The notes beneath the pieces were generated by a model that had not been told where the DNA came from, did no database searches, and saw only the letters and a program-made list of their open reading frames with translations. 64,000 nucleotides of DNA from an uncultured Actinomycetes bacterium (lineage in GTDB: Bacteria; Actinomycetota; Thermoleophilia; UBA2241), in assembly GCA_963767005.1 (NCBI GenBank), contig CAVYCN010000003.1, forward strand, positions 64,001 to 128,000, read 5' to 3'. The position numbers were made by a program, and so were the translations under genes. The stretch's first letter is position 1. Each line of letters starts with the position of its first letter. Shown here piece by piece: positions 42,591 through 54,055 of this stretch.

Positions 42591-42888
42591 TCAGCTCATC
42601 ACCCTCTCTCACGCCACGCCAGCGGATTACCGGCGTACTCCGTCTCCGCGCATTGAAGCACATCAATATCACTCACGTCAATCAGTATTCTGCTCGATTC
42701 CGACTGATGCACAGGCCAAGTTCCGGCCGTGAAGTGGCCGGAAACGAGACTAGAACGATCGTCGATGACGATAGGGATGAGCACCGATTGCATGGGGTGC
42801 CGACGCTGCACCGACCGTCGCCACGCGTCAGACACCCTCAAGACGAGGGGGGACCGAAGAAAGGTGCCTTCAGAAGCCGTCCAGTGGG

Positions 42889-43686
42889 TTATTGTGCGGA
42901 TGCGACCTGGTCGTCGGTCGGAAACACAAAATCCACGCCTGCGCTCTTCAGCGCTTCTCGGAAGTCTGAGGGTAGCGATGTGGCCACAAGTTCGTCGACT
43001 TCCGACCAGTCAAGGATCCTGACCCGAGCATCTCGTCCTACCTTGCCCGACGATGCGAGGACCACCGTTCGGTCCGCATGTCGGGACATGGCTCGAGCCA
43101 CCGCCGCGTCCTCGACGCTGTTCGAGCGGACCCCTCCGTCCATAGTCACTCCGTCGACGCCTATCGCCGCGACGTCGGCATGCAGCACGCCAATCGCATC
43201 GACGGCAAGCGGCCCGTCTGTGCCGAAGGAAGTCCCTCTGAGGCTGCCGCCGATCACAATCACTTCGATCTTCGAGAAGGCCGACAGGAACTGAGCGATG
43301 TTAAGACCCGAGGTGATGACGGTCAAGCTGCGACGTGACAGCCATTGGGCCATCGCGTAGGTCGAGCTTCCGTCATTGAGGAAGATCGTGGCCCCCTCGG
43401 GAATTCGATCCACGGCCAGCTTGCCGACTAGGAGCTTCTCGCGACGATCCCGTCCTCGACGGATCTCGAACTCCTCGTCAAGACTGCTCTGCCTGGTGAT
43501 CACTCTTGCCCCCCCTCTGGTCCGGTGCAGGCTCCCTTGGCTCTCCAGGAGCACAAGATCCCGGCGAGCCGTCGCCTCACTGGAGTGGGTGAGCTGCATG
43601 ACCTCGGCAATGGACGCGAAGCTTTGATGGCTGAGGAGGTCGAGGATACTCTGTCTTCTCTCTTCGGCGACTACACGATCGCTCAC
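42889..43686 (-). CDS. DeoR/GlpR family regulator
   Basis: EERRQSIL...SEATARRDL...RTRGGA, IFLNDGSST; start approximate. Confidence 0.92.
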   Translation of the reverse strand: MSDRVVAEERRQSILDLLSHQSFASIAEVMQLTHSSEATARRDLVLLESQGSLHRTRGGARVITRQSSLDEEFEIRRGRDRREKLLVGKLAVDRIPEGATIFLNDGSSTYAMAQWLSRRSLTVITSGLNIAQFLSAFSKIEVIVIGGSLRGTSFGTDGPLAVDAIGVLHADVAAIGVDGVTMDGGVRSNSVEDAAVARAMSRHADRTVVLASSGKVGRDARVRILDWSEVDELVATSLPSDFREALKSAGVDFVFPTDDQVASAQ

Positions 43687-44212
43687 GCCGGACTTCCTTG
43701 GTGTGCGGTTCAGGGTGCCGAGGCTCAGACGCATGAGGGCCTCAGCCTTGATCACCAACACGTCAGGGGCCAATCTACCGGCCCGGGCCCGCAGCGTCCA
43801 GTGGCGCGCAATCAAGCTGAGCGCTCAGCCCTCGGAATCGACCGCGGCAGTCACCCGACGAGCTGATTTACGCACATTACGCACAAGTGGCTGGCTGTCC
43901 TTTCGTCGAAGTCCGAACCGTCTAGCGAAGCGAGCTCGTTTACGCCGGCTACGTCAAGCCTCCCATGCCACCTACGGCGCCGCCTCGGCTGCCGTGCGCC
44001 CTCGTTCCGGAGATGAGACGATTATGCTCGCCGTTAGCTCCGCCTCGAGTTGGAGCGAGACGGCGCTTGAGCTCAGATCATCGTTCGCTAACTCCCGCAG
44101 GACAGAGTCTGAAACTCAGCGACTGCATTGAGCCGCCCCGGGTTCAGCGGAGACTCCCTCGTTTGAGTCTTTCCTCTTCAATCGTTGCGGTGGTGATGGC
44201 CGACTTCTGAGC

Positions 44213-45025
44213 TCAAACCTCGAAGTCCGCCACGATCGGCACATGGTCCGACATCGCGAACCGCTCGTCGCAGGCCAGCGCCTCACAGCGTACGAGCATC
44301 GCTGCCAGGGCCGCTGAGGCAAACAGGTAGTCAGTCTGGTAGGCGGTCTCCGGGTGTGCCCGGTCGGTGCGCGTGCGCACGTGAAGGCAGTGTTCGCCAT
44401 CGAGACACTGACAGCCCTTGAGCCGACCTGGAGGACGTTCGGCCAGCAGACAGTCGACGAGGCCGAGCGATTCGATGCGCTCAAGGACGCTGCGATCTCG
44501 TGCGTTCCAGCGCGCGTCCCGCGCCGGCCACTGCGTGCTGGTGTTGAGGTCGCCGCCGAGGAGCACGAGCTGGTTGTAGCGGGGGTCGTCGAGGACGGGA
44601 CTGAGCTCGGATAGCGAGCGGTGGACCGAGGCGTCGGAGAGCTCGTCCATCAGGCCGTAGAGCGAGATCGCGCTGACCGGTCCGATCGGAGTCTCCACAA
44701 GGGCCGCCACCCAGGAGCCCGGTCGCGAGCACTCGAATGGCACACCGCGCCTGCGTCCGCGAAACTCGGGCCGTGCGTCTGTGATGCAGGAGAGCGGCAG
44801 GTCGCTCATCACGGCCGCACTCCAGGCCCGCCGCCCCAGGTCTCGACCCTGCGTGCCGGCCCTGTTCCAGACTCCCATGCTGCCCGCCGGGACGATCGCT
44901 TCGTTTAGCAGGGCGATATCGGGCGCAAGAGACGCGAGGGGCTGCCAGGCCGACTGCCTCTGCGCCACGTTCCAGACCACGACCCGCAGAATCCCGTCGT
45001 GCGAACGGGCGGTCTGTGCCTCCAC
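44213..45025 (-). CDS. Endonuclease/exonuclease/phosphatase family protein
   Basis: VVWNV, LLNE, GGDLN, DYLF, SDHVP. Confidence 0.85.
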   Translation of the reverse strand: MEAQTARSHDGILRVVVWNVAQRQSAWQPLASLAPDIALLNEAIVPAGSMGVWNRAGTQGRDLGRRAWSAAVMSDLPLSCITDARPEFRGRRRGVPFECSRPGSWVAALVETPIGPVSAISLYGLMDELSDASVHRSLSELSPVLDDPRYNQLVLLGGDLNTSTQWPARDARWNARDRSVLERIESLGLVDCLLAERPPGRLKGCQCLDGEHCLHVRTRTDRAHPETAYQTDYLFASAALAAMLVRCEALACDERFAMSDHVPIVADFEV

Positions 45026-45026
45026 G

Positions 45027-46316
45027 TCAGCTCCCAGATCCGGTTGCCGCAAGAAGCGCGTCCCGAGACGCGTCTGTGTGCACCCACACAGTCTCGGTCG
45101 CGCCGATGGTCTCGACCAGCCGCTTGAGGTCCTCCGGCCAGGCGTGCCCGCCGCTGTGCGCGAAGCGCGGTTCCACGCCCTCACGCGTCGCCCAGTCGCG
45201 CAGTGCGCTGCTGCGCTCCCAGTAGCCACGCCACAGCGACCAGACCAGCACGGCGTGTTCGGATCCGACCTTGTCCAGAAGCTTGGTGAGCTTCGAGCTG
45301 CCGCGGGTGCACAGCAGGAAGCGCCCGGGCTGGGCGGCGAGCTCGTCACTGGTCACATGCCCCTCGTCGCGCATCTGGCAGACGAGGCGCATGAGGCCGG
45401 CCTGGCGCAGGCGCTCGACCTGGTGATGCAGGAAGGTGACCCGCACCGCGTCCCAGGAGAACTGCGGGATGTTGGCCGAGAGCGGCGCGAGCCTCATCAG
45501 CACGTAGGCCTGGTAGGCGTCGATCACGAGCTGACGACCGGAGCGCCGCGCGGCCTTGTAGCAGGAGACCAGACGATCGACGTTCTGGCCTGAGGCGGCC
45601 ACCGCGAGGAGCTTGTCGCCGTTGGCACGGGCCAGGCCGAGCAACTCCTCCTCGACGTCGAGTTCGCTAGGCAGCCCGTGGCTGCCGCCCGAGCTGCCCA
45701 GCGTCGTGCCCTCGCAGAGCAGCCAGTCGACGCCGCGGAGGCGCTCGTCTGCGAGCAGCCGCTCGAAGCGAAAGCCGGTGCGGCCGTGGGCCCGCAGGTC
45801 GCCGGTGTAGAGCAGCCGCTGACCGTCGCCCTCGACGAGCAAAGCACGCGAGTCGGGCGCGGCGTGGTCGACGGGGATGGCGGTCACGGTGAGACCGCCG
45901 AGCACGACCGGCTCGTCGGTCGGCAGTTCGAGCAGCGTGCCCGGCAGCCCGGCGTCGGGGAAGAAGACGCGGCCGACCTCGAGGATCGCGATTGTGCCCC
46001 GGCTGGCGAAGACGGGGATGGCCGGGTGGGCGTGGTGGGCGAGGCCGTAGTGATCGAGGTGGGCGTGGGTGAGCACGATCGCATCGACATCTGGCGCCGT
46101 CGGGTCGTGCGGATGGAGGCCGGGGACATCCGGCAGGACACCCTCAGCGATCAGCTCCTGCGCGGGCCGCTGCGCCGTGCCGCGGGGAAAGTCGCCGCCG
46201 TCGGGCGCCACGAGCGGCATGCCGAGGTCGAACAGGATGCGGGTGCCGTCATCGGCTGCGACCTCGATGCACATATGCCCGATCTCGTGCTGACCGCTGC
46301 GGATCTGGTAGTTCAC
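45027..46316 (-). CDS. MBL-fold (beta-CASP/RNase J-like) hydrolase
   Basis: THAHLDH, VDHAAPD, YTGDLRAHG, EGT, HSGGH, VH motifs. Confidence 0.88.
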   Translation of the reverse strand: MNYQIRSGQHEIGHMCIEVAADDGTRILFDLGMPLVAPDGGDFPRGTAQRPAQELIAEGVLPDVPGLHPHDPTAPDVDAIVLTHAHLDHYGLAHHAHPAIPVFASRGTIAILEVGRVFFPDAGLPGTLLELPTDEPVVLGGLTVTAIPVDHAAPDSRALLVEGDGQRLLYTGDLRAHGRTGFRFERLLADERLRGVDWLLCEGTTLGSSGGSHGLPSELDVEEELLGLARANGDKLLAVAASGQNVDRLVSCYKAARRSGRQLVIDAYQAYVLMRLAPLSANIPQFSWDAVRVTFLHHQVERLRQAGLMRLVCQMRDEGHVTSDELAAQPGRFLLCTRGSSKLTKLLDKVGSEHAVLVWSLWRGYWERSSALRDWATREGVEPRFAHSGGHAWPEDLKRLVETIGATETVWVHTDASRDALLAATGSGS

Positions 46317-47293
46317 TAGACGAGCACCCGCCGGTGCTCCTCGAACGCTGCCAGGTCGAGCACCTCGTCTCGGCGCAGCCGAAGCTCCGCATCCACATCG
46401 TCTGCTCGCGGCAGCTGGACGAAGCGCAGCAGTTCAAGACCCTCGGGGTGCTTCCCGGCGGCGGCCAGGAGCCGGGCCAGTGGCGTGCGCAACGAGGCAT
46501 CACGGGCGTCGAAACCAGCGAAGACTATGAAGTACAGCGGCGACTGCGGCGAGAACCCCTCGAAGGGCAGGTCCGCAGACAGCAGACCGAGGCGCTTCTT
46601 CTGCTCGACGACTCCCTCAAGCTCTCGCCTGATCTTCTCGACGTGCCGGCCTTCCTCGGCACCAAGCAGCGCCGCGAAGTCGGTGCCGTGGCCCTCGAGG
46701 CCGCACTTGCCATCGATGGCGCCCCGGTTGCACTTCAGCTCGGCGAGCACGAGGCGGGGTCGCGGCAGCTCGTGCATGTCGATCAGGACCAGGTCGAAGC
46801 GGATACGGGCATAGCCGTACTCGATGTCGACCACCACGAAATCGCCGGCTTCGGCCAGGGTGCGCGCGTCGTTGGCGCGGGCGATAGCCTGCTCGCAGCG
46901 CAGCTCTTCGTGGCGGTGGGCGTCCTTGTCGTGCGCCTGCATGTCTGCCTGACGTCTCGGCAAAGCCGCGACCAGTCGAGCCACGTCCTCGGCGCTTCTC
47001 AACGGCGATGACTCCGGCCCGCTGCCTGCGATGTAGCGCGAGTCGAAGACCTCCTCGAAGTGCTGGGGGTCACGGCCCTGCAGCCTGAGCAGGCTGCCGC
47101 CGCCGAAGTAGAGGTTGGCTTTGGCAGGCCTGATCTCGAGCCGCACCTCGTCGTGAGCGAGCACGTAGTCGAGAAGAGGCCGAAGATGTCCCCCGCTCAG
47201 CGCCTTCATCTGCGGCTCACTGAGCCTGCGGCGAGCCTTCCTGTATTTCGACCAGCCGAACTGGTCCTTGGGGCACGACTTGTTGGTCGCCAC
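46316..47293 (-). CDS. Hypothetical protein with PD-(D/E)xK-like nuclease motif
   Basis: VVDIEY...FDLV...LAELK; coupled to the MBL gene. Confidence 0.55.
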   Translation of the reverse strand: MATNKSCPKDQFGWSKYRKARRRLSEPQMKALSGGHLRPLLDYVLAHDEVRLEIRPAKANLYFGGGSLLRLQGRDPQHFEEVFDSRYIAGSGPESSPLRSAEDVARLVAALPRRQADMQAHDKDAHRHEELRCEQAIARANDARTLAEAGDFVVVDIEYGYARIRFDLVLIDMHELPRPRLVLAELKCNRGAIDGKCGLEGHGTDFAALLGAEEGRHVEKIRRELEGVVEQKKRLGLLSADLPFEGFSPQSPLYFIVFAGFDARDASLRTPLARLLAAAGKHPEGLELLRFVQLPRADDVDAELRLRRDEVLDLAAFEEHRRVLV

Positions 47294-47473
47294 GATTCGA
47301 CCTCCTGGAGCACCGACTGCACATGGTAGGTAATCGGGCCGCTCGTCTCGTCGCTTGAGGCACGGGCGGCAGTCTGACCCTCAGAACGCCCCTCCAGGAT
47401 CCCATCAGGCGCGCAGGGCACCGCCGAGCAGGCAGGTGGATCGGCGCGCGCCAAACAGCGTAGAACGCAACCT

Positions 47474-47878
47474 CTAGTGGCCCATCAGGAGGGCAGAAGG
47501 CGACCCCTTGGCCGCGTCGATCTCCCACGCGAAGTAGTCGACGAGCTGAATTGGCCAGTCGTTGGCGGCGTCGAGGGTGCGCAGCTCTTCGGCAAGCTGG
47601 CGCAGTCGCGCAAGGTATCGTCGATACTCGGGCAGCTCGAACATCGACTGCTCCTCGTCGAAGAGCTGGCGCCATCCTCGGAAGTCGATGACCGCGTAGT
47701 CTCCCGGATAGCAGAGAGCCCGGATGGCAGAGGCCACGCCCATGCCCACGCCAGGCAGCACACGCAGCAGGCTGACGCGAGCCTCCATCTCGAAGTCGGG
47801 GTCTGCGTCACGGAAGCCGAGTGCGACTGCGGTGAGGCGCTCCACTCGCGCAGGGGGGCTCTGGGTGTCCGTCGACAC
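47474..47878 (-). CDS. Hypothetical protein with HhH-like motif (possibly truncated)
   Basis: LPGVGMGVASAI...PGDYAVIDFR. Confidence 0.45.
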   Translation of the reverse strand: MSTDTQSPPARVERLTAVALGFRDADPDFEMEARVSLLRVLPGVGMGVASAIRALCYPGDYAVIDFRGWRQLFDEEQSMFELPEYRRYLARLRQLAEELRTLDAANDWPIQLVDYFAWEIDAAKGSPSALLMGH

Positions 47879-47991
47879 GACGCCGACCGTCCGGGTGGCG
47901 GTGGGGCCGCCGCCCAGAGACAGGCTGACCGACGGTTAGCCCTATCGTCGTAGTGTGATGCTCGTCGCCTCCGGGTATCTCGTCGTACGTC

Positions 47992-48963
47992 ATGATGAAG
48001 ACGCCGCGACGGGTCCTGGTCGCGCTGATCACCGCCTCGTTCCTGGTGACTGGCGTGAGCGGCCTCGTCCTTGCCTTTCCCGGGCGACTCCTCCCGCTGG
48101 TCGGCGGCTCGCTGCTGACCTGGCGCTCGATCCACGAGTGGAGCGCGCTCGCCTTCGCGGTCACCGTCGCGGCGCACCTGGCGCTGAACCGCCGCCGTAT
48201 CGTCGAGCTGTTCTACACGCGCGAGGCGTCTGGACGGCCCGGTCGGGCCGCTGCTGCGTCCAGGCCACGGCCGGTCGTTGTCGAGAGGCCCGAGGAGATG
48301 GCCGACGAGGCGGCCTATGTGCGGTACCGCCAGCGCCTCAGCCGGCGCCGTTTCCTGCTCGTCGCGGGCGGCGCCGCTACGGCCCTGGTCGCGGCCGTCT
48401 TCTTCGGCCGCGGCAGGTCGCACCACAGCGGGTCGCAGACAGTCGACCCGCTTGCCGGCTTCCCCGTGCTCAACATCGAATCCGATCCGCCGGCGGTTAG
48501 TGCGGCCGACTGGCAGCTCACCGTCGATGGACTGGTGACCACGCCGCTGCAGCTCGACCATGCCGCCTGGCTTGCCCTGCCGCGCACCACCGAGACGCGC
48601 GACTTCCACTGTGTCGAGGGCTGGAGCGTCGACAAGCTGAGCTGGTCAGGGGTGGCTGTGGCGGAGCTGCTCCGGCGCGCTGCGCCCCAGGCCCAAGGCC
48701 AGTTCGTCACCTTCCACGCCTACGGCGGCGGCTACTCGGACAGTCTCACGCTGGCCGAGGCGCAGGCGCCCGACACGCTGCTGGCAGACAGCGTCGACGG
48801 CGGGGCGCTGCCGGCTGCCCACGGTGGGCCGCTGCGCCTCGTGATCCCGACGCAGCTCGGCTACAAGAACGTCAAGTGGGTCGTGCGTCTCGAGGTCACT
48901 GCCACCCGGGCGCAGGGCTACTGGGAGACCAACGGCGACTACCCGTCAGAGGCGAGAGTCTGA
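47992..48963 (+). CDS. Molybdopterin-dependent oxidoreductase (sulfite oxidase/MsrP-like) with N-terminal membrane domain
   Basis: DFHCVEGWS, HGGPLRLVIP, GYKNVKW, GYWE; internal SRRRFL Tat-like motif. Confidence 0.88.
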   Translation: MMKTPRRVLVALITASFLVTGVSGLVLAFPGRLLPLVGGSLLTWRSIHEWSALAFAVTVAAHLALNRRRIVELFYTREASGRPGRAAAASRPRPVVVERPEEMADEAAYVRYRQRLSRRRFLLVAGGAATALVAAVFFGRGRSHHSGSQTVDPLAGFPVLNIESDPPAVSAADWQLTVDGLVTTPLQLDHAAWLALPRTTETRDFHCVEGWSVDKLSWSGVAVAELLRRAAPQAQGQFVTFHAYGGGYSDSLTLAEAQAPDTLLADSVDGGALPAAHGGPLRLVIPTQLGYKNVKWVVRLEVTATRAQGYWETNGDYPSEARV

Positions 48964-48974
48964 GGCAACGAGGG

Positions 48975-48992
48975 GCTGCTTAAGAACTTCGA
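48975..48992. repeat. Dispersed repeat copy 2 (GCTGCTTAAGAACTTCGA)
   Basis: Identical 18-mer at 51031-51048. Confidence 0.8.
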
Positions 48993-49123
48993 CTCATGCA
49001 AGCCGACCAGAAGACCTGCTCACCCGAGCTTGGCCGACCGGACGCCGACGAGACGTTGAGCCCGGCGGGTGCGGCTCAGGTACTTGTCTCTAGTCCACTA
49101 GGGTGTCCCGGGGCGACCGCGCC

Positions 49124-50821
49124 CTACTTGTTGATCCAGTAGTGCTCGTAGTCGTAGATCCAGACCGGGTGGAAGTAGAAGCCACCGACGCGCTTGGTGC
49201 GCAGCGTCGAGTCCAGCGGTTGGTAGAGCGGCACGATCGGCGCCTGACTCATGATGTAGGTCTGCATCCGGTCGAAGAGCGCAAGCCGGGCGGTCGGATC
49301 GGACATGAGTTGCGCGGCAGCGAGTTGCCTCTCCACTTTCGGATCCCACCAGAAGCTCGGATCGCTGCCCCCGTTGATCGCCTCGCCCTTGCTGAACATG
49401 CCATAGACGAAGTCGAAGGGATCGGGATAGTCCATGTACCAGTAGTTCAAGCCGACGCCGATGGCGCCCGGCTTGGTGATGAGCGTCGCATACGAGGGCT
49501 GGTCCATGAGCTTGAGGTTGGCCTTGATCCCGATTAGGGCGAGATCGTATTGGACGGACTGGATCAGGGTAGGCCAGGGCGCCACGTTGTAGGAGTAGAG
49601 CGTCGTTGAGAAGCCGTGGGGGAAACCGGCCTGAGCGAGAAGCTGCTTGGCCTTGGCCGGGTCGTAGCCGTAGAAGCTACCGGCCGCGCCCGGGACGTAG
49701 CCCGGCATGCCGGACGGGTAGATCTGGTTGAGCGCCTGCGCGGTGCCCGAGAGCAGCTTGACGATCTTGTCGCGATCGACGGCCCAGGCGATCGCCTGGC
49801 GCACCAGGAGGTTGTTGAAGGGCTTCACCGTCATGTTCATGAACAGACAGTCGATCGCGATGGCTGGTTCGGTCACCACCTGGCTCTTCCACTGCGGGCT
49901 GGCGATCAGGCCGGGGTAGTCCGAGGGCGGGATGTAGTCGCCGAGGAGATCCACATCGCCGTCTTGTACCTTCAAGACTGCCGTGGTCGGCGTGATCGAG
50001 AACTCGAAATGGACGGCGTCGAGGTAGCCCGCCGTCGTTCCCGTGTAGTTCGGATTGCGCCTGATGAGGAGGTCCTCAGACGGAGTCCAGTGGTCGAACA
50101 TGTACGGGCCGGTCCCCAGGGGATGCCGGCCGACGTGTGCACCCCATTTGGCGACCCACTCCTTGGCCACCGGCGCAGTGAACGGCATGGCCATGATCTC
50201 CAGAAAGGTGGCGAGCGGTTGCTCGAGTCTGACCTCGAGCGTGTACTTGCCGATCGCCTCATAGCCGCTGATTGTCTTGGCCTTGCCGTCCAGGAAGGCC
50301 TGCGCCCCGACGATATCTGTGTAGAAACCCTTCCCCGGCGCCGTGGGCAGTCTCATCATGCGCTGGAAGCTGTAGACGAAGTCGGCCGCCGTGCACTCCC
50401 GGCTCACCGGCGGGGCGAACCTGATGCCGGGCCTGAGGTGGAAGGTGTAAGTCTTGCCGCCGTTGGTGATGCCGCCGTTGGTCACGGTCGGCACCGCGGT
50501 CGCCATGTCGGGCACCAGTACCGCGCCTGCGGTCCCGGGCGCGGTCGCGTAGTTGAGCAGGTTGCCGAAGATGGCGTGCTCGATGGCCCAGCCGTTGGTC
50601 TCCCAGTCGATCGCCGGGTCGAGCGTCTGCGGCTCGCCCTGGTAGGTCACGACCAGCGTGCCGCCTCGTTGCGGTGCGCTGGATTGGACCGAACTCGCAC
50701 CGCCACCGCTGCTCCCGCCGCAAGCCGACAGCCCTGCGACAAGCACGGCCGCCAAGACCAGGAGGAGTCCAGCGAGTGCGGCCCGATGCGGCGTCGAGTG
50801 TGGGAATGCGGTGCGCTTCAT
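49124..50821 (-). CDS. ABC transporter family-5 (peptide/nickel) substrate-binding lipoprotein
   Basis: Lipobox LSAC, TLDPA, YTFHLRPG, GTGPY, VRQAIAWAVDR; no permease genes nearby. Confidence 0.92.
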   Translation of the reverse strand: MKRTAFPHSTPHRAALAGLLLVLAAVLVAGLSACGGSSGGGASSVQSSAPQRGGTLVVTYQGEPQTLDPAIDWETNGWAIEHAIFGNLLNYATAPGTAGAVLVPDMATAVPTVTNGGITNGGKTYTFHLRPGIRFAPPVSRECTAADFVYSFQRMMRLPTAPGKGFYTDIVGAQAFLDGKAKTISGYEAIGKYTLEVRLEQPLATFLEIMAMPFTAPVAKEWVAKWGAHVGRHPLGTGPYMFDHWTPSEDLLIRRNPNYTGTTAGYLDAVHFEFSITPTTAVLKVQDGDVDLLGDYIPPSDYPGLIASPQWKSQVVTEPAIAIDCLFMNMTVKPFNNLLVRQAIAWAVDRDKIVKLLSGTAQALNQIYPSGMPGYVPGAAGSFYGYDPAKAKQLLAQAGFPHGFSTTLYSYNVAPWPTLIQSVQYDLALIGIKANLKLMDQPSYATLITKPGAIGVGLNYWYMDYPDPFDFVYGMFSKGEAINGGSDPSFWWDPKVERQLAAAQLMSDPTARLALFDRMQTYIMSQAPIVPLYQPLDSTLRTKRVGGFYFHPVWIYDYEHYWINK

Positions 50822-50954
50822 GAAGCCCCCCCCATCAGTGGCGACTCGGCGCGATAATGAGGTCCCATTATAGGACGAGCTTCCGGGCGATTGGGATGCC
50901 ACGACGGTGCATAACCGACTGACGATGAGCCACTCCCTCTGCTCTGCGACCTTG

Positions 50955-50995
50955 GCGAAGCCGCCGCGATGTCTCTGCCATCGCGGCGGCTTCGC
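50955..50995. other. Perfect 17-bp inverted repeat hairpin
   Basis: GCGAAGCCGCCGCGATG ... CATCGCGGCGGCTTCGC. Confidence 0.7.
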
Positions 50996-51030
50996 TGTCG
51001 GCTAACGGCCTCTTGGGGACTGGTCAGTCA

Positions 51031-51048
51031 GCTGCTTAAGAACTTCGA
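51031..51048. repeat. Dispersed repeat copy 3 (GCTGCTTAAGAACTTCGA)
   Basis: Direct repeat of 48975-48992. Confidence 0.8.
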
Positions 51049-51211
51049 AACCTCGGCCGGTCTGGAAGACTGAGGATTTGCAGCAGCACGGCCAAATGCG
51101 CCGACAAACAGCCGACACGCTAGAGACGCTAGGTTGCGAAGCGCGATAACCCTGTCCCGGCCACGAGGCCACCAAGTCGTGCCGGACCGCCCATCTGGGT
51201 GCACCCGGCGG

Positions 51212-51727
51212 CTAGCCGACCTCTGGTTCCGCAGCGACTACAGCAGCGGGCTGGGCCATCCGCGTGGCAGCCAGTGAGCCCGCAGTCCCGGCCGCGGCCG
51301 CTGCGGCCAACCAGACAAGACCCGAGCGTTCAATGCCGAGAGCGCGATCGAGCGACCAGCACCCCGGTCCTACCTCGGCCAGCCCCAGCAGGGCGCTGAT
51401 CAGCACGATGTTGTACTCATAGCCGCCGTTGGTGGCCCAGGGTCCCTTCTTCCAGTGCACGGTGCGGATCGCGGTCAGCATCACCGAGACAAGCACCGCT
51501 TCTGCCAGCGGCGTAGCCAGTCCCGAGGCAAGCAGCGCGCCGCCGCCACTTTCGGCCAGTCCGGCGACCAGGGCGTTGCGGCGGCCGGGCACCAGCCCGA
51601 TCGCTTCGAAGCCCTTACCGGTGGCATCCAGACCACCACCCCCAAACCAGCCGAAGAGCTTCTGCGTTCCGTGGCCGATGAACAGAACACCAATCACAGA
51701 GCGCACGAGCAATCGTCCCACACCCAT
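51212..51727 (-). CDS. DoxX family membrane protein
   Basis: HGTQKLFGWFGGGG, GGYEYN, GPGCWSLD. Confidence 0.9.
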   Translation of the reverse strand: MGVGRLLVRSVIGVLFIGHGTQKLFGWFGGGGLDATGKGFEAIGLVPGRRNALVAGLAESGGGALLASGLATPLAEAVLVSVMLTAIRTVHWKKGPWATNGGYEYNIVLISALLGLAEVGPGCWSLDRALGIERSGLVWLAAAAAAGTAGSLAATRMAQPAAVVAAEPEVG

Positions 51728-51906
51728 GAGACCCCCTTCGCAGTAGATGAGGCCGCTTTCCCCGCCAGACCCTGCGGAGAAACCCGGCCCCAACGTACGT
51801 GTAGAGGGAGCCTTGTCGTCACGCCGGTGACGGATGATCAGGCGTGTCGGCTAGGCCCGCCAGCACGACTCTAGAGACCAGCGTCGGCAACTCGACAGCG
51901 GCAGGT

Positions 51907-52926
<1,020 letters not shown>

Positions 52927-53129
52927 CTGGAGACCTCCTGAACGGCGGATAGCACGTCGGCCTTCTGGCCTGTCGGCCGCCACGGCCAGACCGGCTCACG
53001 CACCGCGCCCCGCGCCGGCGTTGCCCTGCCGCGAACCCGCCCCGATCCATGGTGGGGTCGGTCCATCGTGGGCGCGTTGTTTCATTGCTCCCCTCGAGGA
53101 GGAGCGGACTCGACAAACGACTGCGAGCG

Positions 53130-53603
53130 TCAGCGAGCGACCGGCAGTCGCACTTCCGTGACGTAGTCGGCCGGCGCTGCACCGCTGTCGCTGCCCACCA
53201 GATAGACCTCACTGGCCGGGCCGGCGACCCCATAGCCCAGGGCGTTCAGTTCTTCAGTGAGCGCGGCGTAGCCTGCACCGATCTCCTCGTAGGGGCCCTT
53301 GTGGGTGGTCACGAGGGCGTAGTGAGCGGGCATCGTGTCAGAGCGCACGTCTGTGGCGTTGTCGGGCATCATGCCGTTGGGACCGAGGGCGATCGGGACG
53401 GCGACCTCATAGTCGGCGTCGTCGGGATCAGCGAGGTTCAGATCGAAGCGCGCCATCGGCGGCCCGGCTGTCGACAGGCCAGCCTTGGCGAGGGCGGCGA
53501 AGAGTCGCGCAAAGGGCTCTCGCATTTGTCGCACCGAACCGTGCACGGACAGGTAGGCAATAGGTTGTTCGGGTATCGCGATGAGTTCGACTGCGTTGGA
53601 CAC
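53130..53603 (-). CDS. GyrI-like small-molecule-binding protein
   Basis: AGPPMA, HKGPYEEIGAGY, EVYL...TEVRLP. Confidence 0.8.
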   Translation of the reverse strand: MSNAVELIAIPEQPIAYLSVHGSVRQMREPFARLFAALAKAGLSTAGPPMARFDLNLADPDDADYEVAVPIALGPNGMMPDNATDVRSDTMPAHYALVTTHKGPYEEIGAGYAALTEELNALGYGVAGPASEVYLVGSDSGAAPADYVTEVRLPVAR

Positions 53604-53641
53604 CAGGGCTCCTCTGCGCGAGCGACGTGTTGTTGGCCCCC

Positions 53642-54055
53642 TCAAGCGGCCGCTTCGACCATCTTCTTGAACTCCTCGAGACCCCGCTCGACGCGGCGGT
53701 TCATCCAGTGGCGTACGGTGTCGGCTTTGCCCTCCCAAGCCTTCGGGTCGTACTCGAGCTGGTAGGTCACCTTCGTTTTGTCGGCACCGAGCTTCTCGAA
53801 ACGGACCTCGCCGGTCTCGCGACCGTCGATTGCCCGCCAGGAGACTTTCTCGTCGGGCACGTGCTCGACGACGTCGGCATCCCACTCATAGGTGTCGTCC
53901 TCGACCACGGCTACCCAGTGGATGCGGTCCTCCTGGACGAGCGTCACCGTCTCGATGGTCTCCATGAAGCTCGGATAGTCCTCGAAAGCCGTCCAGGCCC
54001 CATAGACGTCCTGGACGTCTGCCGCTATCTCGGTTGTCTTGTCTACGAGCGCCAT
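53642..54055 (-). CDS. SRPBCC/polyketide cyclase family protein
   Basis: VYGAWTAFEDYPSFM, WDADVVEHVPDEKVSW, LEYDP. Confidence 0.88.
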   Translation of the reverse strand: MALVDKTTEIAADVQDVYGAWTAFEDYPSFMETIETVTLVQEDRIHWVAVVEDDTYEWDADVVEHVPDEKVSWRAIDGRETGEVRFEKLGADKTKVTYQLEYDPKAWEGKADTVRHWMNRRVERGLEEFKKMVEAAA

